Of a stretch of 64,000 nucleotides of DNA, positions 39,279 through 51,444 are shown in pieces. Every line of letters starts with the position of its first letter. Position 1 is the first letter of the stretch. The DNA is taken from the NCBI GenBank assembly GCA_965235115.1, contig OZ249436.1:31250001-31314000 (forward strand), given 5' to 3'. Under the pieces are notes generated by a model. That model saw only the letters and a program-made list of their open reading frames with translations. It was not told the origin of the DNA and made no database searches. The translations under genes were made by a program, and so were the position numbers. This DNA comes from Laetmonice hystrix. Lineage: Eukaryota.

Positions 39279-40570
39279 AATAATTATGATTTCAGGTGTA
39301 AAGTTAGTGTTTTTAAATTTAATTCGAGGGACTGAAGGTCAATTCAGGTACTATACCGTATACAATGTATAGGCCCTTATTTACACAATGGTGTTGGAGC
39401 CCCATATACTGCATTCGTTATTTTACAGCCCCGTTTGATTACACCCAACAGAGATTCTTTTCGTGAAATTGCTTCTTGTTGCTTCCTGTTTTCACGATCA
39501 CCTGTTGGATAGTGATCAGGTCGCAGATCTCTGGCCATAGCTCCCGGGACCGGGGATAATAGTGCCATTCGATATGAAGATGGTGAAAGCAGTCCGTAGC
39601 TATCACTTTACATCCGTCTAAGTCCGCCAACCTTTGTCCAGGGTCGTATCACACACAAGGAGTCCTTCGCTGGGATAAAGTTTCCATCTAATAACAGGAG
39701 CAAACAACCTGGCAACAACATGTGGCATAGCGAAATTTGATAACTGATTAAAATATCTTCTCCGTCAGAATGGAAACAGAGAGGATCTCTCGTTCACTGG
39801 CTGTGCTGTGAGAGAAGGATTTCTGGTACGGAAACGTGTTGTTTGTGTAGGGCAGTGGAGAAAAGGTGTAGGCTTTTATCCACATTTCGTGAACCGAGGT
39901 GGATCTAGGATTTCTGAAAGGATGGTTGCGAAGGGGAAGGGGTCCAACAGGAAAGGTTGTAAAAGCGGGGGCCCAAAAAGATCAAAACAGGAAACAGCTT
40001 TGGCTTACATAGCTGAATCTTTTATGCTCAAAGGGTCCAAGGCCCTGACCCCCTGAATGTTCGCCTCTATAGGCCTATGTTTGCCCTAGGAGGCATTTTG
40101 CACAATATTTACTCGAACCCAGGGAATATATGCAAGAAATTTATAAGAAATCTTAGACATGGGATTGCTTGGGATGTCGCTATAGACGGTGCCCATAGTC
40201 ATGGTTAAGGTTCCAAGTTATCAAGCGCACAGCTATATTCGATTAAAAGCTGTTTACAGGTAAACAACAGCTGAAGGTATAGTGTTGTTGGGTATCTTTC
40301 TTCATTAGAATAATGTAAATCTCAGGAAACGCGATTAGTAGGAATCCAGAAAATATTATTGTACTCTCCTATCGCCATACCCCTCCCCCTGAACCCTGTC
40401 GACGATATGTTATAGATTAAACTTCCAATAGTGCGATAATCACTCTGGCACCCCTCTCGTATTCAGCCCTCAGGAAAAATCCTCAACATTATACTACAGA
40501 GGGTATAATTTTGCCTAGCCCGTCCACTTCTAACCTTTCCATGATCCAGGTCGTCCCAAGGCGGCTGGTT

Positions 40571-40763
40571 GTACGTCCACCCAGTACTCATACACCCAGT
40601 ACGTCCACCCAGTACTCATACACCCAGTACGTCCACCCAGTACTCATACACCCAGTACGTCCACCCAGTACTCATACACCCAGTACGTCCACCCAGTACT
40701 CATACACCCAGTACGTCCACCCAGTACTCATACACCCAGTACGTCCACCCAGTACTCATACAC
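40571..40763. repeat. 28-bp minisatellite, about 7 copies
   Basis: gtacgtccacccagtactcatacaccca. Confidence 0.95.
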
Positions 40764-40900
40764 AATCAGCCTTATTTATCTCTTCAACCATGTCGATATG
40801 CGTCTATTTATAAAACCCAATACGAATATGAAACCACTGTATCTCACTGAAGATGGACCCAGATAAAATTCTGAGCGAGTGATTGATTCGAGATAGATGT

Positions 40901-42553
40901 AGGTTTGGACGGAGGGAGCGGGTCGTCCACACAGAGGCAGTGGATCCAGTGGAACTAGAACCCATCAGGACGACTTCTGGAGGTTTGGACGGTGGGAGCG
41001 GGTCATCCACACAGAGGCAATGGATCCAGTGGAACTAGAACCCATCAGGACGACTTCTGGAGGTTTGGACGGTGGGAGCGGGTCGTCCACACAGAGGCAA
41101 TGGATCCAGTGGAACTGGAACCCATGACGACTTCCCGAGGTTTGGACGGTGGGAGCGGGTCGTCCACACAGAGGCAATGGATCCAGTGGAACTAGAACCC
41201 ATGACGACTTCTGGAGGTTTGGACGGTGGGAGCGGGTCGTCCACACAGAGGCAGTGGATCCAGTGGAACTGGAACCCATGACGACTTCTGGAGGTTTGGA
41301 CGGTGGGAGCGGGTCGTCCACACAGAGGCAATGGATCCAGTGGAACTAGAACCCATGACGACTTCTGGAGGTTTGGACGGTGGGAGCGGGTCGTCCACAC
41401 AGAGGCAGTAGATCCAGTGGAACTGGAACCCATCAGGACGACTTCTGGAGGTTTGGACGGTCGGAGCGGGTCATCCACACAGAGGCAATGGATCCAGTGG
41501 AACTAGAACCCATCAGGACGACTTCTGGAGGTTTGGACGGTCGGACCGGGTCGTCCACACAGAGGCAATGGATCCAGTGGAACTGGAACCCATCAGGACG
41601 ACTTCTGGAGGTTTGGACGGTGGGAGCGGGTCGTCCACACAGAGGCAGTAGATCCAGTGGAACTGGAACCCATCAGGACGACTTCTGGAGGTTTGGACGG
41701 TCGGAGCGGGTCATCCACACAGAGGCAATGGATCCAGTGGAACTAGAACCCATCAGGACGACTTCTGGAGGTTTGGACGGTCGAACCGGGTCGTCCACAC
41801 AGAGGCAATGGATCCAGTGGAACTGGAACCCATCAGGACGACTTCTGGAGGTTTGGACGGTGGGAGCGGGTCGTCCACACAGAGGCAATGGATCCAGTGG
41901 AACTGGAACCCATGACGACTTCTGGAGGTTTGGACGGTGGGAGCGGGTCGTCCACACAGAGGCAATGGATCCAGTGGAACTGGAACCCATCAGGACGACT
42001 TCTGGAGGTTTGGACGGTGGGAGCGGGTCGTACACACAGAGGCAATGGATCCAGTGGAACTGGAACCCATCAGGACGACTTCTGGAGGTTTGGACGGTCG
42101 GAGCGGGTCATCCACACTGAGGCAATGGATTCAGTGGAACTAGAACCCATCAGGACGACTTCTGGAGGTTTGGACGATCGGAGCGGGTCGTCCACACAGA
42201 GGCAGTGGATCCAGTGGAACTGGAACCCATCAGGACGACTTCTGGAGGTTTGGACGGTCGGAGCGGGTCGTCCACACAGAGGCAGTGGATCCAGTAGAAC
42301 TGGAACCCATCAGGACGACTTCTGGAGGTTTGGACGGTCGGAGCGGGTCGTCCACACAGAGGCAATGGATCCAGTGGAACTGGAACCCATGACGACTTCT
42401 GGAGGTTTGGACGGTCGGAGCGGATCGTCCACACAGAGGCAGTGGATCCAGTGGAACTGGAACCCATCAGGACGACTTCTGGAGGTTTGGACGGTGGGAG
42501 CGGGTCGTCCACACAGAGGCAGTGCATCCAGTGGAACTGGAAGCCATCAGGAC
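40901..42553. repeat. 80/77-bp minisatellite, about 21 copies
   Basis: Unit aggtttggacggtgggagcgggtcgtccacacagaggcaatggatccagtggaactggaacccat(cag)gacgacttctgg. Confidence 0.97.
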
Positions 42554-43216
42554 AGCTTCACCGCCCATTGGGCTGTATCATAATGTCACGACACAACAGG
42601 GTCGGTGTCCTTACACAAGATTCCTCTTGGCATTTCTTTTGCCACACATGAGGAATCAGTAATGAATATGATATCTCAGTGCTTCTTGATACGAAGGTCT
42701 TTCTACGTCTGCTATGTGTTCCAAAGTTGACACATTAAAGTCGGGGGGCCTACCCTGCCTCACGTCACTACTTATTTGACACACATACTCTACTGTTATA
42801 CGACGTCAAGACTTGATGTAATTTGTCCTCCTGACACAAAGGATATCCCTGCACATGTCATGGCTTAACAGAAACTCTTATTGCTTTATATTTTTCTGCC
42901 ATCCGTGGGTGGCTCAAATGTCAGATTCCCAGGAAACTTTAATTGATGCGGCAATCCACTGTTTGCATTACCGTAAGCCATTAGGCGAGGCTCAGCCAAC
43001 CATGGATTAAAGATGCGCTATAGTAAATGTGATGTCATCAATGGCTCATGTCGAAGGTTTACCCAGCTTTAGCGACGCAGATACTCGACTTGCTTAGCTG
43101 GCACTGATGATAGGTATATGGGATACATGGAAGCAAATTTTGCACCAATTTGATTGTAGTTGAAATTTATTGCAGTGAATGAAAAAACACGTGTACGGAA
43201 AGGGGCATGTATTATG

Positions 43217-43655
43217 CCTGGTACACACTAATGCCTGGTACACAGTGATTTTAGCTGCGATTTAGGGTCGTACGACGATCCTACGATTTTTACCACGACG
43301 AACAAAAAATCGCATTAGTTGAGTCAGAAATCGTACAATTATCGCAGAAGTTCTACGACGTCGCAGGATGTTGCGATGCTGCTACGACTTTATTTAGCCT
43401 AATCAATTTGAATATTGTCGCAGTGCCTACGAGCGTGTGCGACGATGGTCACTGAAATAAGTGTGGATGTCAATATCGTTGAAATAAATTTCCGCTAGAG
43501 GGCTCATGGGTATAGATTTTTGTCATTTTTCTACATGCAAAGAGCATCGTACGAGCATCGCAGATGGATCGTATCAGTGGAATCAGCCATCGTACGTGCA
43601 TCGTACGATAGTTTTTGTTGGTACGTCGTACGACGATTTATCGCACGATTTTTCC
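43217..43655. mobile_element. Probable Harbinger-family fragment (one end)
   Basis: Duplicated tgcctggtacaca terminus followed by many tacga/tcgta subterminal motifs; no matching right TIR found. Confidence 0.35.
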
Positions 43656-45228
43656 TCATGTTCTCATTCTTTCCCCCAGGCTCCATTCGTAACCATGCAG
43701 TAGATTCTACTTTACTTTTATAATCAGGAATGAGAGAAGTCGGAGAGGGAAAGTGTGTGTATAACGCAAGTCATATTTTGGGGACTCGATCAATAACAAT
43801 CTAATCGTGTAAAACGTCTGCGCTTTGTTGCTGCCCTATACGAGTTCTTTCTCGGTGACGTCAGTGGGATTTAGCGTATTCGCACCGATCTATAGCGGCC
43901 GTAGCCAGTGCACAGCACTCCCCACCCCACAATCAACTGAGGCAATACCCTCGAACTGATGAATTGCAGCCAACACTTAGGCGACACCGTTCATTTGAGC
44001 AACACATGAGTTGTCGGCTGCTATGGTATAGGATCATTTTGATGTGATGTATGTGTATAGCCCAACGTACGTAAAGGCAGGGGCCGCAGAACGATTTGGA
44101 AGGTGGTGGTGGTGGGTGGGGAGGGGGGAGGGGTTGAGGTTTGGGGCAAGTGTAGGTTCTCTGCTTGGGTCATTGCTGATATTTGCGCTTGGAATTTTTG
44201 CCATGAACCCTAGCACGAAGATTCATGGCTTTTTTTTCGGTGCAAGCAGCAATATTACGCCATCATTGGGGGGGGGGGGGGGGGGGGGGATACCGAACTT
44301 GACGACACTGCATTGGCCGACCTTACTGTTGTACTTTGTTCAGTCTTTGTTCAGCCTATCGACAAACTAGCACCGTTTAAAGCCACTCGCAGTAAATGAC
44401 CTTCGGACGTGCTGCCTTCGCTCTGTTCTCATTACTCAAACTCATTCTCTTTGGACACCAAATCCAGGTGGGAAGTTCCTTCTGCACACACCAGACGGCA
44501 AGGTTGCCATGTCTCAGAAAAGTGCCCCCCCCCCCACCGCTTCCGCAGTCCCTGAAAGGTGTGGTTATTAATGAGGAGAGGGGGATTCATATGTGTCCGC
44601 AGACGCATCGCTGACTAATTTGTTTACAAAAGACAAAAAATCATGAAGGCATCTATATATGAAGAATCACAATGAAATGGGGCGGGCCCTTTGCGTGCAG
44701 TCATATACTTGTCATAATGTAGATGGATGTGTGCGTGGGCGTTTGGACTACATAAAGGAGCGATGCTTAAATGGAAATATATATAAGCAATTTTTTTCTC
44801 GAGACCCCTTACATAATTACTACGCTGACGAAAATTCCTGGCACGACACTGTAATCTAGGATTGGCCTTTTAAGTAGTGACAAATGGATAGAGTACTACT
44901 GCATGGCTGAGTCAGTCGTCGGGCCCGTACCTGCCATACTAGTAGTAGACAGGGCTAACCCCCATAACAATTTGATAACCGTCACTACCACACTTTTCTC
45001 AGTTGATTCTAGGGTAATTTTTCCGGTAGAATCCATTTCTGCTTGGGACATTTTTGTATCGTGCATATTTAATGAGATAATGTGCATATTTGAATAAATT
45101 AGCGGAATCTGGCTGGAGGTAGCTAGAGCAATGTCTTTAGGGCACAAAATATTAAAACTGTATCAAATATACCATCTGTCTATATAAAATGAGGGGTTTA
45201 GATCAGATATTGTAGTGCAAATTAGGTA

Positions 45229-46865
45229 ATTATCCCACAGGGAAATGGGATGTTGTTCTTGTGTGCGTTCGTCTTCTCTATTTTTTTATTATCGTCGTAG
45301 TTAGACAATGGCCGTTTCTCAGCCAGTTTTCAAGGTATCTGGATGAAACTTGCACGGTAGGTTGGCCATGTCATGACTACATGTCTATATCAAGCAGTAC
45401 TTCATGGGCCGTCATGCTTCCGAGCTATGACGTGTTATACACGTCAAAAAGCACTTCACATTTTCAACTGTCAAGACCAAACAAATAGCAATAAGGCAAT
45501 TATCTCTCAGATACTGGAAAAGGAATGGTTCCTTAAACCTTTTTTATCAAAATTTAGCTGATGACCTTTGCCCTTCTTAAGGACTGGGTCACAGGTCATA
45601 TCTCACATAAATCTACGATTTTGAAGTAGCTTTCTTCAAATGAGGGCCAAATTGCACAAAATTATTGCTCCTAGATATCTGCAAAAGTTGTAATATGGAT
45701 TTAGCAATATGACATATTTTAACGGAGTCACATGACATGAAACTTTGATTGTATGGTCAGTTTACCAGAAAGCAGTCATATCTCTGGCAGATAACAGATC
45801 TTAGTGAAAATTGTTCTGCTTAAAGAGGGTGGTATGACAAGCCAAATTTATGAAAAGTTTCTCCTCTGACGTCACTTTTTTCAGTCATGACGTCATTCGC
45901 CTATTTTAGAAAGAACCTTCGTATGTCTCAGCTGTGTGTCTCACTAGCAGAGTGTGTAGCATACCCCACCGATAAACTGGAAATCAAGGGTTCGAATCCC
46001 ACTAAGGAAAGAATTTTTATCTAAAATTTTTCTAAAAATGCAAATTTTGATATTTAGAAAAAACTATTTGATGCAAACAATTTGATAGTCAGTCATATAT
46101 GACCTCAAAGATGGGTTCTATGGCATGAATGGCCATTATACCGGAAATCATTATCTCTTGCAGTTTTGAACAGATCTTTATGAAACTTGCTCTGCTTAAA
46201 GAGGGTGGGATCATAAGCCAGAAACTTTATGACAATTTCCTCCTGTGACATCACTGTCACGTGTCGTGACGTCATTCATCTATTAGAGATAGGACTTTAG
46301 TAGGCTACCGCTTCAGTTGTGAGTCTCTTCAGCTGATTCGGTAAAATAACCCTCAAATAGGTTGTATATGGCTTCGAATCCCAGGAAGGAAAGGTACTTT
46401 TATCAGATAGTTTTCTTATTGTAAACGTCAAACTCCAATTTTATGTCGTTAGTAAAACCATTGAGTTTTCAAGAGATCTTTATTTAATTAGTTGTGCTTT
46501 TATAGCAGGTGGGATGTTGGCCCAGATTTATGAAAATGTTTTCCAGTGACTAAACAGGTACCAACAGGGCAACTGTCTCTCAGATACTAGAAAAAAGATA
46601 GTTCCTTAATACTTTTAACCAAAATTTTGCTGATGGCCTTTGACCTTCTTAAGGACTGGATCACAGGTGACATCTCATATAAATGTACGATTTTAAATTA
46701 GATCTCTTCTAATTATGGCCAAATTGGATAGAATGGTTCCACAACAAAATGCGCTCTCCATATCGATCTTCGTCATGTAGCCTATGGGTCAACAGGCTTA
46801 CAGAATGTCTGTATGTATTTTAGAGAAATGGGATCAATGATTGCAGGCAATCATGCTGAATAGTT
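45229..46865 (+). mobile_element. Helentron-associated non-autonomous element (HINE/DINE-1-like) with internal repeats
   Basis: 5' ATTATCCCACAGGGAAATGGGAT (sub-TIR plus short inverted copy); 3' AAATGGGAT followed by hairpin ATGATTGC-AG-GCAATCAT and TAGTT; internal diverged duplications (about 45495-45690 vs 46570-46730, and about 45790-46020 vs 46165-46410). Confidence 0.65.
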
Positions 46866-47007
46866 AAGATTACTGTTAATGTGTGAGAAACTTTAAACTC
46901 GGGTAACACCAACTTTAAACCAACACCACAGCCAGTTTAAATATGGTGTCAACATAGTTGTTGGTGTCAGTGTTAAGTGTGAACACCAACACCAACTTGG
47001 AAGTTAC

Positions 47008-47440
47008 GCACTGTCTACATCGATCTCTGTCATCTCTCATATCATCCTGGGTGTAATGACTTAGATATTTTGCAACCTTGGCCACTTACCACCATTATAT
47101 TTCTTTTCTTTGAATTATATTATATCAAATTCTGCGCCATATGTTGAGCATATTTCAAATAGCGTCCGCATACCTCCAGAAAATAATGAGGGCAACTGCA
47201 GACATTAGGTCAAAATAGTTCAGTCGCTGACCAATCAAACACCCAATCAAACAACATTACATGCATTGAGTCCAGCTGACAGGCCGTCCATGTATACACT
47301 GTACATTTTAATGTACAGTCTCTTTAAAAAGAGAAAGGGTGACAATGGTTGACACGGTCAAATGCTTTAGATGCGTCTAGGAAAACAAAGAAACATACTG
47401 GAGTTGAGGTTATGATACGTCACGTGCTTGTTTGGAATAG
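47008..47440 (-). pseudogene. Decayed non-LTR retrotransposon reverse-transcriptase fragment
   Basis: Manual minus-strand translation gives, in order: FLDASKAFDRVNH, (deletion) LSPFLF, VYMDGLSAGLNACNV, GCLIG, a degenerate YADD region, GMRTLFEICSTYGAEFDI.YNSKK, KYLSHY..DDMRDDRD.CRQC. This is the canonical order of RT motifs. Confidence 0.85.
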
Positions 47441-48884
47441 TTCCTCATTACTGAAATACTTTATATCACCGACTCCTCGAGGGCGTTTAGCCGGTGTCTC
47501 ATGAACGCTACCGAAAGAGTCATTAGTTTTAGATCTGTTTCTGGCTGGATGGCAATCCCTTAAAACGATCAAATACAAATAGGCCTGGATGGCAATCCCT
47601 TAAAACGACCAAATACAAATAGGCCTACTCAATGCCTGTTTTCGGAGCCAGAAACGTTGTATGTGCTTCAATGATTGCTGTTCTTGGTTACTTGCTTGGT
47701 TTCTTTTTCTTGAATCTGCAGATTATCTTGAAATGGTCAGATAGCAATCCTATTGATATGAGTGGCTGACAAAAACTTTGCATGACCTGTTGGAAACCGA
47801 ACTGCTATTTATTTTCGCCGTTGCTGGCAAAATCCGTCGAGGCAGTTTGGTTGGCAAAGGAGAGCAGACAGATTGGAAGGGGATTCTGATAGAATGGTTC
47901 AGTGAGTCAAACTACCCCGAGTGTCTGACGAGCACCTGAATTAGGATCATTACCTTAAGAGGATGTGACACGAAGCCGCACCTAATGCCTAATGTCGACA
48001 ACATTGGCTCTCGGGCAAATCGCTGATCTTCACCCGGCGGCACACGCAGGCTTCATTTGGGGCAATCTACTTGTTTACTGAGAGCCTTCGATTTGGTAAG
48101 GGTCGCCAGTACCACGAATACTGGTTAGAGAATTTGTTGAAGATGATTAGTGTTCGCCTCCCTTTCCTCCTCCCCACGACTCACCAGTTTCGTTAATTCG
48201 GAAGTGTTTACGTTTGACAGACCCGACAAGTTCTGCACTGTCGTCCTATGTACGTCCTCGCAAAGCTTGTCATCAGCTAAACGGAACCGTGGAACAGAAA
48301 AAAAAAGTATGCATGCATATTTTATTAATCAGTTTACAGTAAAGCAGAAAGACAGGCAGACAAAAACGGAGACGGCTAGACGGAAAGAAACGAGCACGTT
48401 ATCTAAGAAACAAAAATATGTAACAATTAGCAGACAACCCTTGTCTCAAATAGGGACTCAGCGAACAGTTTACATTCGGAAAAAAGTAGTAGTCTACCAA
48501 TGGATGAAATGTTACACTTGCTCCATTTGTTTAACATGTAGGCCAGTGCTCTCCGTTTCTTATAATAATTCCAGAGATCAGCGTGCCCCATGTAATGAAA
48601 CAATTGGCCTGACGAAGATTTCTCGACACCACCGGTCATGTTGTTCCTAATCCGATTTCACTCATTGCAATCGTTCCTCCGGGCGACAATTAAGGGAAAG
48701 GCCGTTGGAATTATTTGCTAATCTATATATTTAGTCGATGATAATCTGCTTAGTCGCATCAGTGGGGCGTCATTCATCAAACAGTCATGGGTGGAGGGGT
48801 TCAATTACTGCGCTACTGGCCAGAGGGACCATATGAAACAACATGACCCACACTATTCAACAACGATCCTGCAGCGTGGCTCCT

Positions 48885-49377
48885 CTGTACAAAATCATGA
48901 TCCTCGTGATCGGTAAGGGAGATGCCTTAGCCCCTTCCCCCGCCTCAGTTTTACTACATTCTTCTGTACAAAATCATAAACTATTCCCATGATCGGTAAG
49001 GGAGATGCCTTATCGCCTTCCCCCGCCTCAGTTTTACTACATTCTTCTGTACAAAATCATAAACTATTCCCATGATCGGTAAGGGAGATGCCTTAGCCCC
49101 TTCCCCCGCCTCAGTTTTACTACATTCTTCTGTACAAAATCATAAACTATTCCCATGATCGGTAAGGGAGATGCCTTAGCCCCTTTCCCCCGCCTCAGTT
49201 TTACTACATTCTTCTGTACAAAATCAGAAACTATCCCCATGATCGGTAAGGGAGATGCCTTAGCCCTTCCCCCGCCTCAGTTTTACTACATTCTTCTGTA
49301 CAAAATCAGAAACTATCCCCATGATCGGTAAGGGAGATGCCTTAGCCCCTTTCTCCCCCCTCAGTTTTACTACATTC
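48885..49377. repeat. About 83-bp minisatellite, 6 copies
   Basis: ctgtacaaaatcataaactattcccatgatcggtaagggagatgccttagccccttcccccgcctcagttttactacattctt. Confidence 0.95.
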
Positions 49378-49909
49378 CACTACGAGTGGGTTACCAACGG
49401 GGAAAAGGGGGAAAAAACTCTACGTGTTAACCTCCTTTACCAACGCAGAAAATATTAACGAACGATAAAACCTGATACGGAGAACCATCATTAAAATTAA
49501 CATTTGAAGAACAGTGTACCCAATGCCCCCTGGGGAACTGGAAGAACCCTCCCAAGGGAAGTTCTTCCCAGGTTAAATAAAAGATTTTTTTTAATTTGGT
49601 TTCATCTTAGAAGTGAAATTTGAGAGTGGACCTACAGTTGTGACTTTCAGGCTTAAAAATCAAACGAATTTATAGACATGATTACCCTTTTAAAGACCGT
49701 AAACACAACGTATACTATAACTCGGATTAACTTAGTACTTATGCCAACCTATCACAAATAGAATTTCTTTTCTGTGTTATTAGTATTTGTATGACGAAAT
49801 ATTTTTAATTACAGTACAGTATCGTTAGGCCTAAACCTAATCTAATATCTAAGAGGGTATTTTCTGCATGCACAGAACCTCCAAGAAGCAGTCAGGATGT
49901 CTTCTCGGC

Positions 49910-49918
49910 TCTCCCCCC

Positions 49919-49967
<49 letters not shown>
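49910..49967. repeat. (CT)n microsatellite
   Basis: Seen directly; a (GA)n tract also lies at about 50449-50520. Confidence 0.95.
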
Positions 49968-49971
<4 letters not shown>

Positions 49972-50600
49972 ATGAAGTGGCACATTCCTTCAGTCCCGAC
50001 AAACGACCAATCGTTCGTCAGACGAGCGCCCCTACCATTGCAGCTGACAGTTGTGATGGCCCAAGAACATTTGGCGCATGCGCCCCTGACTGTCGGTTTC
50101 CGAAAACGGCCGTGATCCCGACTGACATAGTCTTCCGCATGCCCTATTTACTTCTCGTCTCATCAAAGGGGAGGCACCGGGTGATCCCGTCTGCCAACAA
50201 TGTCATTTGATCAGCTTTTGATGGACGGCCCACGCACCCGTGACATTTTCCCTCCTCCGCGTGCTTTGTCAACCGAAACCCGCCCATCGGGTGCAGTTGA
50301 CTGGTGTATTAGGACGGCGACAGACCGATTCATTTCAGGATGCCATGTGTAAGTGCTTTGGGTGCCGTATAGGTATAGGCCTACATCTGAAAACGTATGA
50401 ATATGTCTCTAAATACTTTGTCACTGCAGTCATGTAAGGAGAGACCACAGAGGGGAGAGGGAGGGAGAGAGAGAGAAAGATAGAGAGAGAGAGAGAGAGA
50501 GGGAGAGAGGGGGGGGGGGGATATAAGAATGAGGATGCATGCGTACGGTGGGATGACTTTGATGTTTTATTCACGCACTATTTCCTACCCTTCATTATTA

Positions 50601-51129
50601 TGGAACCCCGGAGGTGACATGCTAAAAATATTTTTAAATCTGTGCGCACGAATTACTAATCTAATCCGTCCGCACGGATTACTAAACCGTGGCCACGGAT
50701 TACCAAACCGTGGCCTCGAATTACTAAACCGTGGCCACGAATTACTAAACCGTGCGCACGGATTAGTAATTCGTGGCCACGGTTTAGTAATCCGTGCGTA
50801 CGGATTAAAAAATATTTTCACCATGTCACCTCCGGTGTAACAGTTTCAGATCCCCCCCCCCCCCCATTGAAGTTACCCCCCCCCCCCGGTAATCTGAAGC
50901 TAGCTTCAAATTACCCCCCTCCCCCAGTTTCTAGTTACAAAAATAAACTTCGGATAAAAATGTTTAGCGCGTTATGCAAATAGACCTAACCGTAAACTTA
51001 CCTTAACCCTAACCGAGGGGCTTTTTGAAACCAACTTCAGATTACTGGGGGGTAATTTGAAGCTAGCTTCAAGCTACCCCCCGGTAATCTGATAGGGGGG
51101 TAATCTGATATTGGGACACCGGGGCTCCA
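50601..51129. mobile_element. TA-flanked MITE with 21-bp internal repeats; right TIR interrupted
   Basis: ta|TGGAACCCCGGAGGTGACATG ... CATGTCACCTCCGG[insertion]GGCTCCA|ta; internal ttactaaaccgtggccacgga repeats in both orientations. Confidence 0.8.
50836..51118. mobile_element. Ginger-like non-autonomous element
   Basis: TGT...ACA termini (TGTAACAGTTTCAGAT / ATCTGATATTGGGACA) with a 4-bp TSD CCGG confirmed by the host element's left TIR; CCGG targets are known for Ginger1. Confidence 0.7.
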
Positions 51130-51190
51130 TACATTCTGCCTGGTCATGAAGAACATTTACAGTGAATATTATTAGTGCAGTTACACATGG

Positions 51191-51339
51191 CATGGGCGAA
51201 TCGGGGGGGGGGGGGGGGTCGACCCCCCCCGGCAACAATTTTTTCTTCCCCCATAGAACTTTCTGAATTGACCATGCTGAACCACCCCACCCCCCCCCCC
51301 TCCCTTACTCGCCTTAGCAAAATCCTGAATCCGGCCCTG
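51191..51339. mobile_element. CA-terminal MITE (hAT5-like)
   Basis: CATGGGCGAATC ... GAATCCGGCCCTG, flanks CATGG / CATGA. Confidence 0.55.
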
Positions 51340-51444
51340 CATGAAATTTGCACAACCTTCTGTTCGCTATCATTCCCAAATGCATGGTGAAGTCAACAAA
51401 CGGTATGCGACGGCCTGATATAGACACCCACAACACACCCACAC

